Shown piece after piece: positions 23,607-32,647 of a stretch of DNA of 51,094 nucleotides. Made by a program: the position numbers and the translations under genes. The first letter of the stretch is position 1. The number at the start of each line of letters is the position of its first letter. The notes under the pieces were generated by a model, which did not search any database, was not told where the DNA came from, and saw nothing but the letters and a program-made list of their open reading frames with translations. The stretch covers positions 1-51,094 of IMG/VR virus record IMGVR_UViG_3300027651_000002. One strand, 5' to 3'. The DNA comes from a virus.

Positions 23607-24029
23607 CTAGCCCGCCTTCAGGATCGCCAGCGTCACCGACGTGACGGACATCACGAACTGGAACGGTCCCGCTTTGCTCGTGCCGGTGAGGTGGATGGTC
23701 AGCGTCATCGCCTGCGCGTTGAAGGCCACGTCCGCGGATGCCGTCGCGACCGCCTCCTCGCGTAGCGCCTCCCGCTCGATCGCCGCCTTGATCTGCGCCT
23801 GCGCGTCCGGGCCCACGCCTTCGTTCAGGTAGCCGCGCACGTCGGTGCACTCGTTCGGGGCCCAGAACCATGCGCCTCGAGGAGTGGTCAGGCGGCGCGC
23901 GATCCGCTGCGCGAGCGCGACGATGCCTGAGACCAGAGCGCCAGTCGGCGAAAGGCCGGGATAGCAATCCAGATCCACGCCGAGCGGGTCGGTGAGGTTC
24001 ACCGAAGCGCTCTCAAAGGGATAGGCCAT
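23607..24029 (-). CDS. baseplate wedge protein (gpW / gp25-like)
   Basis: 140 aa, immediately upstream of the J-like gene. Confidence 0.55.
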   Translation of the reverse strand: MAYPFESASVNLTDPLGVDLDCYPGLSPTGALVSGIVALAQRIARRLTTPRGAWFWAPNECTDVRGYLNEGVGPDAQAQIKAAIEREALREEAVATASADVAFNAQAMTLTIHLTGTSKAGPFQFVMSVTSVTLAILKAG

Positions 24030-24032
24030 CGG

Positions 24033-24644
24033 TCAGGAGATCCGCTTGATCGCGATGTAGTTATTAGCGCCGAAGCCGACCAGAGCCTTCCCCGCTCCAG
24101 AGTTCTGGTAGGCGCGCACGTCGATAGCGTCGCCGGCGGCTAGATTCAGAATGGCGGTGACGACCAAGACCTGATTCGCTCCAGGAGTCACGAACCACAT
24201 CTCTTTTTGCTGTACGCCGCCCTTGAATATTGAGCACCCGGCGGACCCAGCGATGGCGAGGGCATAAGCGATCCCGCCGACGATCAGGTAATGGCCACCT
24301 TTGCCGGTCGGGACCGTGAAGACGCCAGTCCCCGAGTTGTAAGCCGAGTCCGTGTCCAGTTCGACGGTGCCAAACACGACGGCAGTGTAAGACGCGTTCC
24401 CGATCGTCTGCCCAGCTGCGGTATTAGCGCCGAGCATTGGGTTGGTCCCGAGCTGCGTGACGGGGTCAACCTTGTCGTTGTTCAGCGCGTCGACGATGCC
24501 CTGGACGAACGCGTTGATGCCCTTCTGGTGATTCGTCCCGGATCCGTACGTGACGCCCGCGAAGGCAGCGACGATATCGTTCGCGATCCGGCCAGCGAGC
24601 CCGGTGCGCACGCCATCGGTCGAGTCGCCTACGATGATCGACAT
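24033..24644 (-). CDS. C1q/TNF-like jelly-roll domain protein (203 aa)
   Basis: The C-terminal GVFTVPTGKGGHYLI ... LNLAAGDAIDVRAY ... NYIAIKRIS follows the C1q globular-domain pattern. Confidence 0.5.
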   Translation of the reverse strand: MSIIVGDSTDGVRTGLAGRIANDIVAAFAGVTYGSGTNHQKGINAFVQGIVDALNNDKVDPVTQLGTNPMLGANTAAGQTIGNASYTAVVFGTVELDTDSAYNSGTGVFTVPTGKGGHYLIVGGIAYALAIAGSAGCSIFKGGVQQKEMWFVTPGANQVLVVTAILNLAAGDAIDVRAYQNSGAGKALVGFGANNYIAIKRIS

Positions 24645-24648
24645 GAGG

Positions 24649-25128
24649 TCACTTCACGTGGATGACGGAGCTGCCGACGTTGGGGGTCACCGGAACGATC
24701 GGCGCGCCGGTCGGATAGCCGAGGTTGCCGATGTGCGTCTGGGCGTCGAGGAGCGTCTTCAGATCCGAGTAGCGGACGAGCACGGTGTCGGCGGGCCCGA
24801 CGTTGAGCGAGACCAAGACGCCGCCAGAGCCTTCCCAGCCGACCACGATCGGCTTCTGCGGGTCGGCACCGGCAAATGCGAGCAGGCAACGCGCACCACC
24901 GGAGACCGTCGCGGTGATGCCCGGGACGCCGTAGCGGATCGGGACCTTCGAGTAGGGCGGCAGCCGCACGTCGTCAGGCTGCAGCTCGAGCGACCCGTCG
25001 CCGTTCTGCGAGACGACCTTCGCTGGGTACGCGCCCAGGTAATCCATCCGCGGGCCGAGGATGTCGAGGCCGACCACGCGCCGGATGAAGGCCGTGAGCC
25101 CAGCCTTCGCGCGGTCGGAGAGCGGCAT
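24649..25128 (-). CDS. baseplate spike protein (gpV / Mu gp45-like)
   Basis: Size, position, and the motif PIRYGVPGITATVSGGARCLLAF. Confidence 0.6.
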   Translation of the reverse strand: MPLSDRAKAGLTAFIRRVVGLDILGPRMDYLGAYPAKVVSQNGDGSLELQPDDVRLPPYSKVPIRYGVPGITATVSGGARCLLAFAGADPQKPIVVGWEGSGGVLVSLNVGPADTVLVRYSDLKTLLDAQTHIGNLGYPTGAPIVPVTPNVGSSVIHVK

Positions 25129-25131
25129 GGC

Positions 25132-25815
25132 CTACTCGAAGTAAATGACGGTCCGGAGCCCAGCCGCGCGGATCAGATGGTGCACGAGCGAGACCTTCAC
25201 CGTCTGCAGCCCCTGCCCTGGCGCCGTGAACTGGAACGACGTCCCAGGCAGGATCGACGGCGTCACCGAGGCGATGGTGACCCGCCCCTTCTCCGGCTCG
25301 GACTGGATCGGGAAGGCGTCGGACAGCGTCGTCGTCGGGTACGTCTCGAAGCCGAACCACACGGTCCCGTCGAGCAGCACGCGCCAGACGGCGTTCGGAA
25401 CGACCTGGAGAAGCGAGGCGATCACCGACGACGCCGACGCCCGCATGCGGCTCCAGGCGCTGAGCTGCGTTGCGAGCAGCGACGCGTCCGCGGATGGCGA
25501 CAGAGTCTCGCCGGCGTCGCGCAGCGCGTCCGAGAGCGGAATCTTCAGCGGGACCGAGCCGTAGGACTTCGGTGGCAACAACGTGGCCAGTCCGCCAGCA
25601 CCGCCGACGACACGCGCGCGGAGCCTGCGGGTGATGTCGACACCGTTGCGGGCGAACGTGCCGACGAGCTTCTGCGTTCCGAGGGTGATTGTCGCCTTGC
25701 CTGACTGCGGGGCGTACGCGTCGACGCTTAAATCGGCATGGAAGACGCCGACGCGAGGAAGCGTCACCGTTCCTTCGAGGACAGCGAGGCCGTTCACGCT
25801 GGCGAAGGCGGGCAT
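25132..25815 (-). CDS. baseplate hub protein candidate (227 aa)
   Basis: Position equivalent to Mu gp44. Confidence 0.45.
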   Translation of the reverse strand: MPAFASVNGLAVLEGTVTLPRVGVFHADLSVDAYAPQSGKATITLGTQKLVGTFARNGVDITRRLRARVVGGAGGLATLLPPKSYGSVPLKIPLSDALRDAGETLSPSADASLLATQLSAWSRMRASASSVIASLLQVVPNAVWRVLLDGTVWFGFETYPTTTLSDAFPIQSEPEKGRVTIASVTPSILPGTSFQFTAPGQGLQTVKVSLVHHLIRAAGLRTVIYFE

Positions 25816-25829
25816 GGTATCTCGCGGGA

Positions 25830-26135
25830 ATGGCCGACCTGAGCGCCGAGGAGATCGCCGAACTGCGCAGGTTGCTCCCGCCGATCGCTCGCGGCGACTC
25901 CGTAACGATGGCGCGGCCAGCCTATGAGGAAATCCGCAACGCGCTCCCGCGCTTGCTCGATGAGGTGGACCGAGCGCGCGAGATGCGCCGCATCATTCGC
26001 GGATGTCCGCCAGAGCACGGCACGGAGCACGCACCCTACTGTGCCGACTGCTGCGCCCAGTTCGATCCAGGCCGCATGGTGTTACGCCACGAAGCGAGAT
26101 GCGGATTCCTCGGGCACGAGCGTGCTACGGATTGA
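25830..26135 (+). CDS. Cys/His-rich small protein (101 aa), antisense to the tail operon
   Basis: High GC3 in the plus frame. No minus-strand gene covers the interval. Confidence 0.6.
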   Translation: MADLSAEEIAELRRLLPPIARGDSVTMARPAYEEIRNALPRLLDEVDRAREMRRIIRGCPPEHGTEHAPYCADCCAQFDPGRMVLRHEARCGFLGHERATD

Positions 26136-26805
26136 CGTTCGTCTGGTCCGGCCCCTTCGGCGGCGTGCGGGTCGCGGGCGCGGAGGGCGGCTGCTGCGGG
26201 AAGCTGGTTCCGTTGTTCGCCTGGTCCACGCTCTGGTTCACGACCTTCACGCCTTCGTTCATGGGCGGGTAGAACTCGACGCAATCGATCACCGCCTCCA
26301 TCGTCTGCGGGACCGAGCCGGGCTGCGGCGCGCGCAGGTCGACCACGTAGACGCTCTTCACGCCGAGACAGAGGAAGGCGGGGTGGGTCACGTCCACAGC
26401 CTGCAGCGAAAACGTCGTCGGGTCCTGCGAGGCGACCTGCGCTGGCACCGGCTTGGGATAGAGCAGATCGGCGAGCGCCTTGAAGGCGTCGAACTGCTTC
26501 GAGGTCCAGAGCAACAGAATGACGCGAAACTCGGCCGGCATGAACGCCAGCACCGCAGGCAGTTGTCCCGAAGAGCCGGGGATCATGCGCGGGTCGATCA
26601 GCCGCCGGCGCCCGCCCTCAACGCGGCAGACTCCAGGTGCGCGCACTCCAGCGAAGTAGATGGTTTCCCAGGACGAGATGCTCGGATCGAACCCGCCACC
26701 AGGCGGCTCCGGAATGGCCGTCCGGACCGGCTGGGAGATGTCCGGATTCTGCGGCGGCGGACCGAGGAACGAGCCCGGGTCCCAGAAGGGAAGCGCTGAG
26801 GCCAT
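26125..26805 (-). CDS. tail/baseplate protein (226 aa; Mu gp43 position)
   Basis: ORF track. Directly follows the tape measure gene. Confidence 0.5.
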   Translation of the reverse strand: MASALPFWDPGSFLGPPPQNPDISQPVRTAIPEPPGGGFDPSISSWETIYFAGVRAPGVCRVEGGRRRLIDPRMIPGSSGQLPAVLAFMPAEFRVILLLWTSKQFDAFKALADLLYPKPVPAQVASQDPTTFSLQAVDVTHPAFLCLGVKSVYVVDLRAPQPGSVPQTMEAVIDCVEFYPPMNEGVKVVNQSVDQANNGTSFPQQPPSAPATRTPPKGPDQTNVNP

Positions 26806-26806
26806 T

Positions 26807-28324
26807 CTATTGCCCGCTCTCGGTCGCCAGCTGCTCGAGCCCGTCGTTGAACTGCGTCGGGCCCGCGTCCTGCTGCTGCCGCGCGATCTCGTGCTGGATC
26901 GCTAGACGGATTCCGTCGGGATCGAGGCGCTGCCCGCCGCGCGCGTCCACGTTCACGTTGATCGCCGGCTGGCTGAATTGCTGGTACGGAGACGAAAGCC
27001 GCGTCGGTCCCAACGGCGTGCGGTCTCGGTTGAAGAGGAAGTTCGTCATCCGATTATTGCGGAAGCTGAAGTAGTCGCGGAGTTGGCTCACTTCCTGGCC
27101 AACGGAGGTCGGAGCATTCTGAGCGCGACCGCCGGCTGCGTATCCGATCAGGATGCTCGTGAACTTCGCGGCCAGCTCGAGTAGCGGGAGCACGCTCTTC
27201 ACGGCCTTGGTCAGATCCGCGAAGAACTGGCTCATCGCCTGACGGCCTTCAGCGCCGGTCAGCGGCTTGAGCGCCGCGCCCATGGTATCGATCAGGTCCC
27301 GGAGCGCGCTGCGCATGTTCTCGCCGCCGAGAGTGCGGGCGAGATTCCGGAGCACGTCCTGCAGCGTCTTCAGGCCGCGCGAGTTGTCGACGCTGGCCAT
27401 GAACTGCTCCCAGGCCGACTTGAACTGCCCGATCGCGCCCGGGAGCGTGCTGCCAGCGAACCCGCGCGCCATGTTGCCGACGCCGCCGCGACCACCGGGC
27501 ATTCCGGAGAGCACGTCGAACACGGCCTGCATCATCGGGCTGGACTCACCACCGCGGACGAACTGGCCTTGAATGCGTCCAGCGAGCACCTGCTCCGCAT
27601 CGCCGGGACGCATGTTCATCCGGGCACCGAACGCCGCCCAGAGCTTCTTCAGATCGAGAGCACCGCCGAAGCCGGTCAGATTGCCAACGTTCAGCACGGG
27701 CGAGGTGAGAATGGACTGCAACTGCTGCGTGATGTCGGCCCTGCCGCCGGTCGCCGCACGCACGTCGTAGACGGCGCCGACCAGCTTGCGCGCGAAGTCC
27801 GGAGACGCGCCTGCTGTGTTGAACGCAGCGCCGGTCGAGACCACCTCACCCGGCGGCCGTCCGTACGCCAGCGCCTGACGCTCCAGCGCAGTGAAGAACT
27901 TGCCGCCGGCGCTGCCGCCCATAGTGGCGCTGAGGCCGAAGAGTCCGCGCTGCCGGACGGTGACCGCATCGCGGACCTGGTCGCCCATGTCGAGCGCAGC
28001 CCGGCCCACCGCGCGGAACGCCCGCGCCGCAGTATCGAGGATGTACAGGGAGGACGCCCATTTGAGCAGCGAGTCTCTCCAGCTAACGGAGGACCGCGTG
28101 TGGTCGTCGATGGCACGCTTGCTGAGCAGCAGCTGATCGCGGTGGATCTGCAGCTCGAGGCGCGTCTTCTTCAGCGGGTCAGCGATGCTATCGAGCCGGG
28201 CCTGCTTGGCCGCGAGGTCCAGCGTCTTGAGCGCGGTGACGACGCGCTTCAACTGCGATTCGATGTTGCCGGCGGGCTGGGTGACCTGGTCGCGTAGCGT
28301 GAAGGCCCACTCTAGACCGGCCAT
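26807..28324 (-). CDS. tail tape measure protein (505 aa)
   Basis: Helical, Gly/Ala-rich. Lies after the chaperone pair. Confidence 0.8.
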   Translation of the reverse strand: MAGLEWAFTLRDQVTQPAGNIESQLKRVVTALKTLDLAAKQARLDSIADPLKKTRLELQIHRDQLLLSKRAIDDHTRSSVSWRDSLLKWASSLYILDTAARAFRAVGRAALDMGDQVRDAVTVRQRGLFGLSATMGGSAGGKFFTALERQALAYGRPPGEVVSTGAAFNTAGASPDFARKLVGAVYDVRAATGGRADITQQLQSILTSPVLNVGNLTGFGGALDLKKLWAAFGARMNMRPGDAEQVLAGRIQGQFVRGGESSPMMQAVFDVLSGMPGGRGGVGNMARGFAGSTLPGAIGQFKSAWEQFMASVDNSRGLKTLQDVLRNLARTLGGENMRSALRDLIDTMGAALKPLTGAEGRQAMSQFFADLTKAVKSVLPLLELAAKFTSILIGYAAGGRAQNAPTSVGQEVSQLRDYFSFRNNRMTNFLFNRDRTPLGPTRLSSPYQQFSQPAINVNVDARGGQRLDPDGIRLAIQHEIARQQQDAGPTQFNDGLEQLATESGQ

Positions 28325-28331
28325 AGGCGCC

Positions 28332-28503
28332 TCACATCAGCGACGGCATCATGCTCCGCTCGCGCAGCAGGGCGATCAACTCCGCGATCAGCATCGCCCC
28401 GAGCTCCGCCTGCTCGTCTGGTTCGCCGCGCCTGAACGCGAGCAGTGCACGGGCAGCGACGCGAGGGTCCGCGTGCGCCCTGGTCAGGCGGCTTCGAAAA
28501 GCT
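28332..28503 (-). CDS. -1 frame extension of the tail assembly chaperone (gpGT-like)
   Basis: The -1 frame stays open from within the chaperone gene to 28332, which is 8 nt before the tape measure start. Confidence 0.4.
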
Positions 28504-28801
28504 CGATCTCCGCCTCGTCGTCGATGCCGGCTAGCTTCCCGATCGCCTCGGACAGCTTGACGGCGAGCCCGGGCTTCGTTTCGAACAGTGCCGCGACCTG
28601 CTCCGGCGACGGATCGACCACGCACTTCGTGGCGAGGTTCTCCATCGAGACGCGCGATCGCCGCGGATCGCCGAGAGCCTCGAGGAACGCGTGCCAGTCG
28701 GCGCGCGCTGGCGCTGCGACGTAGTACTCCTTGCCCTGCGTCTTGACCCGCGCCAGGGCCTTGCCGGGATGAGCCTTTCGCAGTTCGTCGATCTTGGACA
28801 T
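28484..28801 (-). CDS. tail assembly chaperone (gpG-like)
   Basis: 105 aa, acidic C-terminus, between the tube and tape measure genes. Confidence 0.65.
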   Translation of the reverse strand: MSKIDELRKAHPGKALARVKTQGKEYYVAAPARADWHAFLEALGDPRRSRVSMENLATKCVVDPSPEQVAALFETKPGLAVKLSEAIGKLAGIDDEAEIELFEAA

Positions 28802-28810
28802 GCGAGTCCT

Positions 28811-29323
28811 TTACGGTGCGGTCGCTGCGGCGACGCCCTTGAGCAGCTGGTTCAGCGGCAGAACGCCGTTCACGAGGATGTACCGAGCGATGAACGGCAT
28901 CTCGACGGAGAGTCCGTCCGAGCTGCCGCCGGTGATCGAGTGTCGGCTGCGGGTGAAGCGCATGCCGATGATGGTGTCGGTGGTCGTTCCTGAGACGGCG
29001 CCAGTGGGGATCGCGGCCGGCGGCAGCTCCGAGTACGTCACGGAGCAGATGATGTTCGCCTCGAAGAGTCCCTGCGCGACCGTGAGCAGGTTCGTGGTCA
29101 GATCGTTGAACTCTTCGCGCAAAAGCGACAGCGTCCCGGACGCGTCGTAGATGCCGCGCGTGAAGCCGAGCGCCTGCGGGTTCAGTCCGCGGATGATCCC
29201 CGGGTTCAGCCCGTGCTCGTACTGGATCGAGGTGACCCCGATGTAGCGCTGCAGGTTCACCTTCAACTCGACCGAGGACGAGTCGAAGCGAACCCCGTTG
29301 ATCAGGGGATACCCAAGCGGCAT
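28811..29323 (-). CDS. tail tube protein
   Basis: 170 aa, directly after the sheath gene. Confidence 0.7.
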   Translation of the reverse strand: MPLGYPLINGVRFDSSSVELKVNLQRYIGVTSIQYEHGLNPGIIRGLNPQALGFTRGIYDASGTLSLLREEFNDLTTNLLTVAQGLFEANIICSVTYSELPPAAIPTGAVSGTTTDTIIGMRFTRSRHSITGGSSDGLSVEMPFIARYILVNGVLPLNQLLKGVAAATAP

Positions 29324-29341
29324 GGCTGTCTCCGGGAGCGG

Positions 29342-31063
29342 CTAGGCCGCCTTGACGACGAGGCCCTGGTTCGTGAAGCCCAGATCGAGCGAGATCTGCT
29401 TCGCGTACCCGAGCGGGATTACGCGCGCGGTGGGCAGGATGGTCTGCGAGCTGAGCACGTTGTTCGTGCGCGAGATCTGGATGATGTAGTCGGAGAACGA
29501 CCCGGGCGGCATCGCGTTGCGGACGAACCCGTCGGTGTAGTTCTCGATATTGCGAGCGTCCTTCTCCGAGATCGTTCCGTCGCCGTTGACGCGCACCGAG
29601 TCGTTCAGGAAGTTCAGCAGAGCGAGGCGCGTGTAGTAGGACGCCAGGTCCATCACCCGGCCGTACTGCCAGTAGGTGAAGTCGGATCCGGCCTGCGCGA
29701 ACAGGCGGCCGTTCGTCACCCAGAAGCCGTTGCGGCCCGGGATGCTGGTCAGGGTGGAGAAGCGGCCGGCGTCAAGGCCGGGCGTCTGGAACTCGTCGCG
29801 AGCGAGCTTGGAGACGCCGGGCAACGAGCCGTCGAGGACGCGGCCGAGGTCGTTCTGGGCCGGGACGCCACCCGCGCGCGCCATGATGCTGTACGCAGCC
29901 GGTCGGCTCTGGATGCGGCCGTTCACGGGCGAGGTGACGTTATGGAAGCCCGCCGCGGCGCCGACTCGAGTCGAGGAGGAGGCGTTGAAAGCGGCGAGGG
30001 TGTTCGCGTCCGTGTCCGAGGGCACTTCGATCATCGCCCGATCGAACTTGAACGAGCCGGCTGCGGTGCCCATCAGCGTGTCGAGTGAGGCGAGCAGCGT
30101 CGCGGCGTTGCCGACGGTGGATGCGGGCCCGACGACGTGCAAGCCGATGCCGGAGCTGAAGCGCGTGTCGATGTAGAGCTGGTTGAACGCGTTCGTCAGG
30201 TCGGTGGTCGTGTAGCTCGCGGTCGTGGTCGTGAACGTGTACGTGGTCCCGACGACGTAGGTGCCGGCCGCGAAGGTGAGCACGATCCCGGTCGAGCACT
30301 GGCCAGCCTTGAAGGGGTCGTTGCCGTCCGCGATGATAGCGCTGCCCGATGCCGGGATCAGGAACGGCTGGCTGACCGTGTTTCCGCCGTCGAGCGAGTA
30401 GGTGAAGAAGCCGGCGCCGAGTGCGCCGCCGCCCGTCACCGTGACCGTGACCGTGTACGCGTCGACCGGGCAGGCCGAGCTCAGAGTGATCGCGAGGGTG
30501 CCGGAGCCGCTCGTCTGCGTGACCGTGCCGGTCGTGGCGACGGTGAAGATGTCGCCCGCGACCGCCGATCCCGCGCCGTACGCCAGCGTGGTGAAGGACG
30601 CGCCGGGAGTGATCAGCGTCGCGGCCGAAGTGAAGGTCGCGCCGTAGGTCGCGCCGCCGTCGAGCGACATCTGGAAGGTGGCCACGCTAGCAGCACCGCC
30701 CAGGATGCACTTCAACTGGAAGGCGACCGCGGGCTTGATCGCGACCGTGACTGCCGGGCCGGTGCCGCTCTGGACGACGGCGGTGGCGGTGCCGTAGGTG
30801 GACGGGTTCACCGGAACGAGCAGAAGCCCGCCAGGGCGAGGCGAGCCTTGCCCGCCTACTGCCAGCGCCAGCGCAGCCGCCTCGACCATCAGGCCGCCGT
30901 TGCCGCACGCCTTCTGCAGCGACGTGTTGTCGGACACGGACGACACGCTGTTCACCACGCCGAGCGGGGAGGGGCCGATCTTGGCAAACAGGTTGCCGGC
31001 CCCCGGCGGAACGATTCCGAGCCCACCGTCCCTGACGGTGACCGATACACCTGGAAGCGCCAT
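29342..31063 (-). CDS. contractile tail sheath protein with two inserted beta domains
   Basis: 573 aa. The C-terminal half (...RVGAAAGFHNVTSP..GRNGFWVTNGRLFA...) is sheath-like. Confidence 0.75.
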   Translation of the reverse strand: MALPGVSVTVRDGGLGIVPPGAGNLFAKIGPSPLGVVNSVSSVSDNTSLQKACGNGGLMVEAAALALAVGGQGSPRPGGLLLVPVNPSTYGTATAVVQSGTGPAVTVAIKPAVAFQLKCILGGAASVATFQMSLDGGATYGATFTSAATLITPGASFTTLAYGAGSAVAGDIFTVATTGTVTQTSGSGTLAITLSSACPVDAYTVTVTVTGGGALGAGFFTYSLDGGNTVSQPFLIPASGSAIIADGNDPFKAGQCSTGIVLTFAAGTYVVGTTYTFTTTTASYTTTDLTNAFNQLYIDTRFSSGIGLHVVGPASTVGNAATLLASLDTLMGTAAGSFKFDRAMIEVPSDTDANTLAAFNASSSTRVGAAAGFHNVTSPVNGRIQSRPAAYSIMARAGGVPAQNDLGRVLDGSLPGVSKLARDEFQTPGLDAGRFSTLTSIPGRNGFWVTNGRLFAQAGSDFTYWQYGRVMDLASYYTRLALLNFLNDSVRVNGDGTISEKDARNIENYTDGFVRNAMPPGSFSDYIIQISRTNNVLSSQTILPTARVIPLGYAKQISLDLGFTNQGLVVKAA

Positions 31064-31069
31064 GTCGGG

Positions 31070-31327
31070 TTACCTTCCGCCGAGCGTGATGGAGGCGACG
31101 GCCGCGAGCGCAGCGTCGAAGTCGTCTTCGGAGATCGTGGTGAAGTCGTCCCAGCGCTTCGAGGCAGCGGCGCCGGCGTAGAGCACGTCGAACATGACCC
31201 GCGCCTTGCGGTCGGCGTCGTGCTGCGGCTCCGGCGGGCGCTTGCGGCCGAGCCAGAACGAGACCGGCATCTTCGCCGGCGGCGCAGACGTATCCAGCGG
31301 CGCGGGCGCGCGGTCCTGGTCGGACAT
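31070..31327 (-). CDS. hypothetical protein (85 aa)
   Basis: ORF track. Confidence 0.5.
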   Translation of the reverse strand: MSDQDRAPAPLDTSAPPAKMPVSFWLGRKRPPEPQHDADRKARVMFDVLYAGAAASKRWDDFTTISEDDFDAALAAVASITLGGR

Positions 31328-31356
31328 GGGTGGGCTCCCTGCTATGCTGAGAGGCG

Positions 31357-31626
31357 ATGCTTCACTTGCCGCTCGAGTACAGTGACTTGGTTGCCGAGAA
31401 AGAACGGCTATCCACGAAGCTGGCCGCGATCAGCGCCAAGCTCCGCGAGTTGAGAAAGGCCACGATGGAGTCCGCGGGCTGGAAGCGGTGCTGCCGCTGC
31501 TTCCCATCCTGCGTCCACGACGACGGGTTCTGCGGCTGCTGCTTGTACAACCACGTCACCGGAAAGCAGATCGAGCACCCGAAGTCCTTTTTCGAGGCCA
31601 GCGAGGACGAGCCTAGGGATTCGTGA
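31357..31626 (+). CDS. coiled-coil plus Cys-cluster small protein (89 aa), antisense to the virion operon
   Basis: High GC3. Contains CCRCFPSCVHDDGFCGCC. Confidence 0.6.
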   Translation: MLHLPLEYSDLVAEKERLSTKLAAISAKLRELRKATMESAGWKRCCRCFPSCVHDDGFCGCCLYNHVTGKQIEHPKSFFEASEDEPRDS

Positions 31627-32206
31627 CGGTGGATCCACCCGGCGGGATCGGCCCCATCTGGTTCGTCTGCGGCGTGAAGGTGGTCAGCGTCGTCTGCTCG
31701 GAGACGCCCGGCGCGTTGTCCTGCACCTCGAGCACCGGTATCGCGATGGTGAGGTTCAGCACGTAGCGGTGGCCGAGCAGGTTCCCTTCCGAGCTGCGCG
31801 GATTCACCCAGGCGCTGCCGTTCAGGTCGATGGCCCCGTACGCTTGATGACGCAAGGCCGAGATCACCGAGCCGAGCAGCGCTTCGCTCGCGCTGTAGTC
31901 GTCGGCACTGCCCAGGATGCCGGCCCAGATATGGCATTCGAGTCCGGCCAGCCGCGTGTAGAGCATGCGCGGGATCTGCTTGCCGGGGTTGGCAGCGATG
32001 AAGGCCGCCTGCACCGCCTTGGTCATGGCCGGCGGGCGCATGACGAAGGTGTCCTGCGCCGGCACCCAGGTCACGCGCGGCGTCGCAGTGCGATCGCGCT
32101 TCGGGGTCGACCCGAGCTCGAGCGCTGGAGTGCCCGGCGTCAGGGAGAGCGCGCCGTTGGTGGTCAGGATGGTATTGACCGGGGCGAGCACGTCCTTGAG
32201 CGCCAT
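31613..32206 (-). CDS. tail completion / neck protein candidate (197 aa)
   Basis: ORF track and position. Confidence 0.5.
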   Translation of the reverse strand: MALKDVLAPVNTILTTNGALSLTPGTPALELGSTPKRDRTATPRVTWVPAQDTFVMRPPAMTKAVQAAFIAANPGKQIPRMLYTRLAGLECHIWAGILGSADDYSASEALLGSVISALRHQAYGAIDLNGSAWVNPRSSEGNLLGHRYVLNLTIAIPVLEVQDNAPGVSEQTTLTTFTPQTNQMGPIPPGGSTVTNP

Positions 32207-32647
32207 CTACAGACTCGCCAGCAGCGCCTTGGTGACCGCTTCCTCGGCGATCCGCTCGAAGATGCGCGTCCACTCCGGCGGGATCAGATCAGCGTCAGGG
32301 AAGATGCGGCGCTGTACCATTCGCTGCGTGCCGCTCTGGTGGAATCCCGAGTAGGGCACAGGCGAGACCAGCGTAAAGCCGATGGACGAAGTGCGGCGGC
32401 GGATGCGGCCCTGCATGCGGCCGCTCTTGACCAGCACCGGCCCGCCAGCGCGTCGCTTCTTCAAGGGCGCCCAGGGATTGCCGTACGGGTCCCGGCTCAT
32501 GGCGAACTCCTGCCGCACCAGATCGAGTGCCGCGTCGGCGAGGCTGGCGAGCAGGTCGCGCTTCCACTCTGCCCTGCCCATGCGAGCGACCGCGCGGGAG
32601 AGCGTGTCGATCTCCTGCGTGCCGCCGATGAGCTCGAAGTCGCTCAC
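32207..32647 (-). CDS. virion morphogenesis protein (Phage_tail_S / HK97 gp10-like)
   Basis: GTG at 32647 (GTGA overlap). Contains DPYGNPWAPLKK...VLVKSGRM...PYSGFHQSGT. Confidence 0.65.
   Translation of the reverse strand: MSDFELIGGTQEIDTLSRAVARMGRAEWKRDLLASLADAALDLVRQEFAMSRDPYGNPWAPLKKRRAGGPVLVKSGRMQGRIRRRTSSIGFTLVSPVPYSGFHQSGTQRMVQRRIFPDADLIPPEWTRIFERIAEEAVTKALLASL

Noticed and set aside
28332-28625. Independent 97-aa gene between the chaperone and tape measure genes
   Set aside because: The N-terminal two thirds are Arg/Gly junk overlapping the chaperone gene. It is better explained as the -1 frameshift extension (gpGT-like).
30137-31453. 438-aa plus-strand ORF over the sheath gene (similar cases: 22765-23967, 29213-30088, 18966-20312)
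   Set aside because: These are alternate or antisense frames of clearly recognisable structural genes. Their composition is Arg/Gly/Asp-rich.
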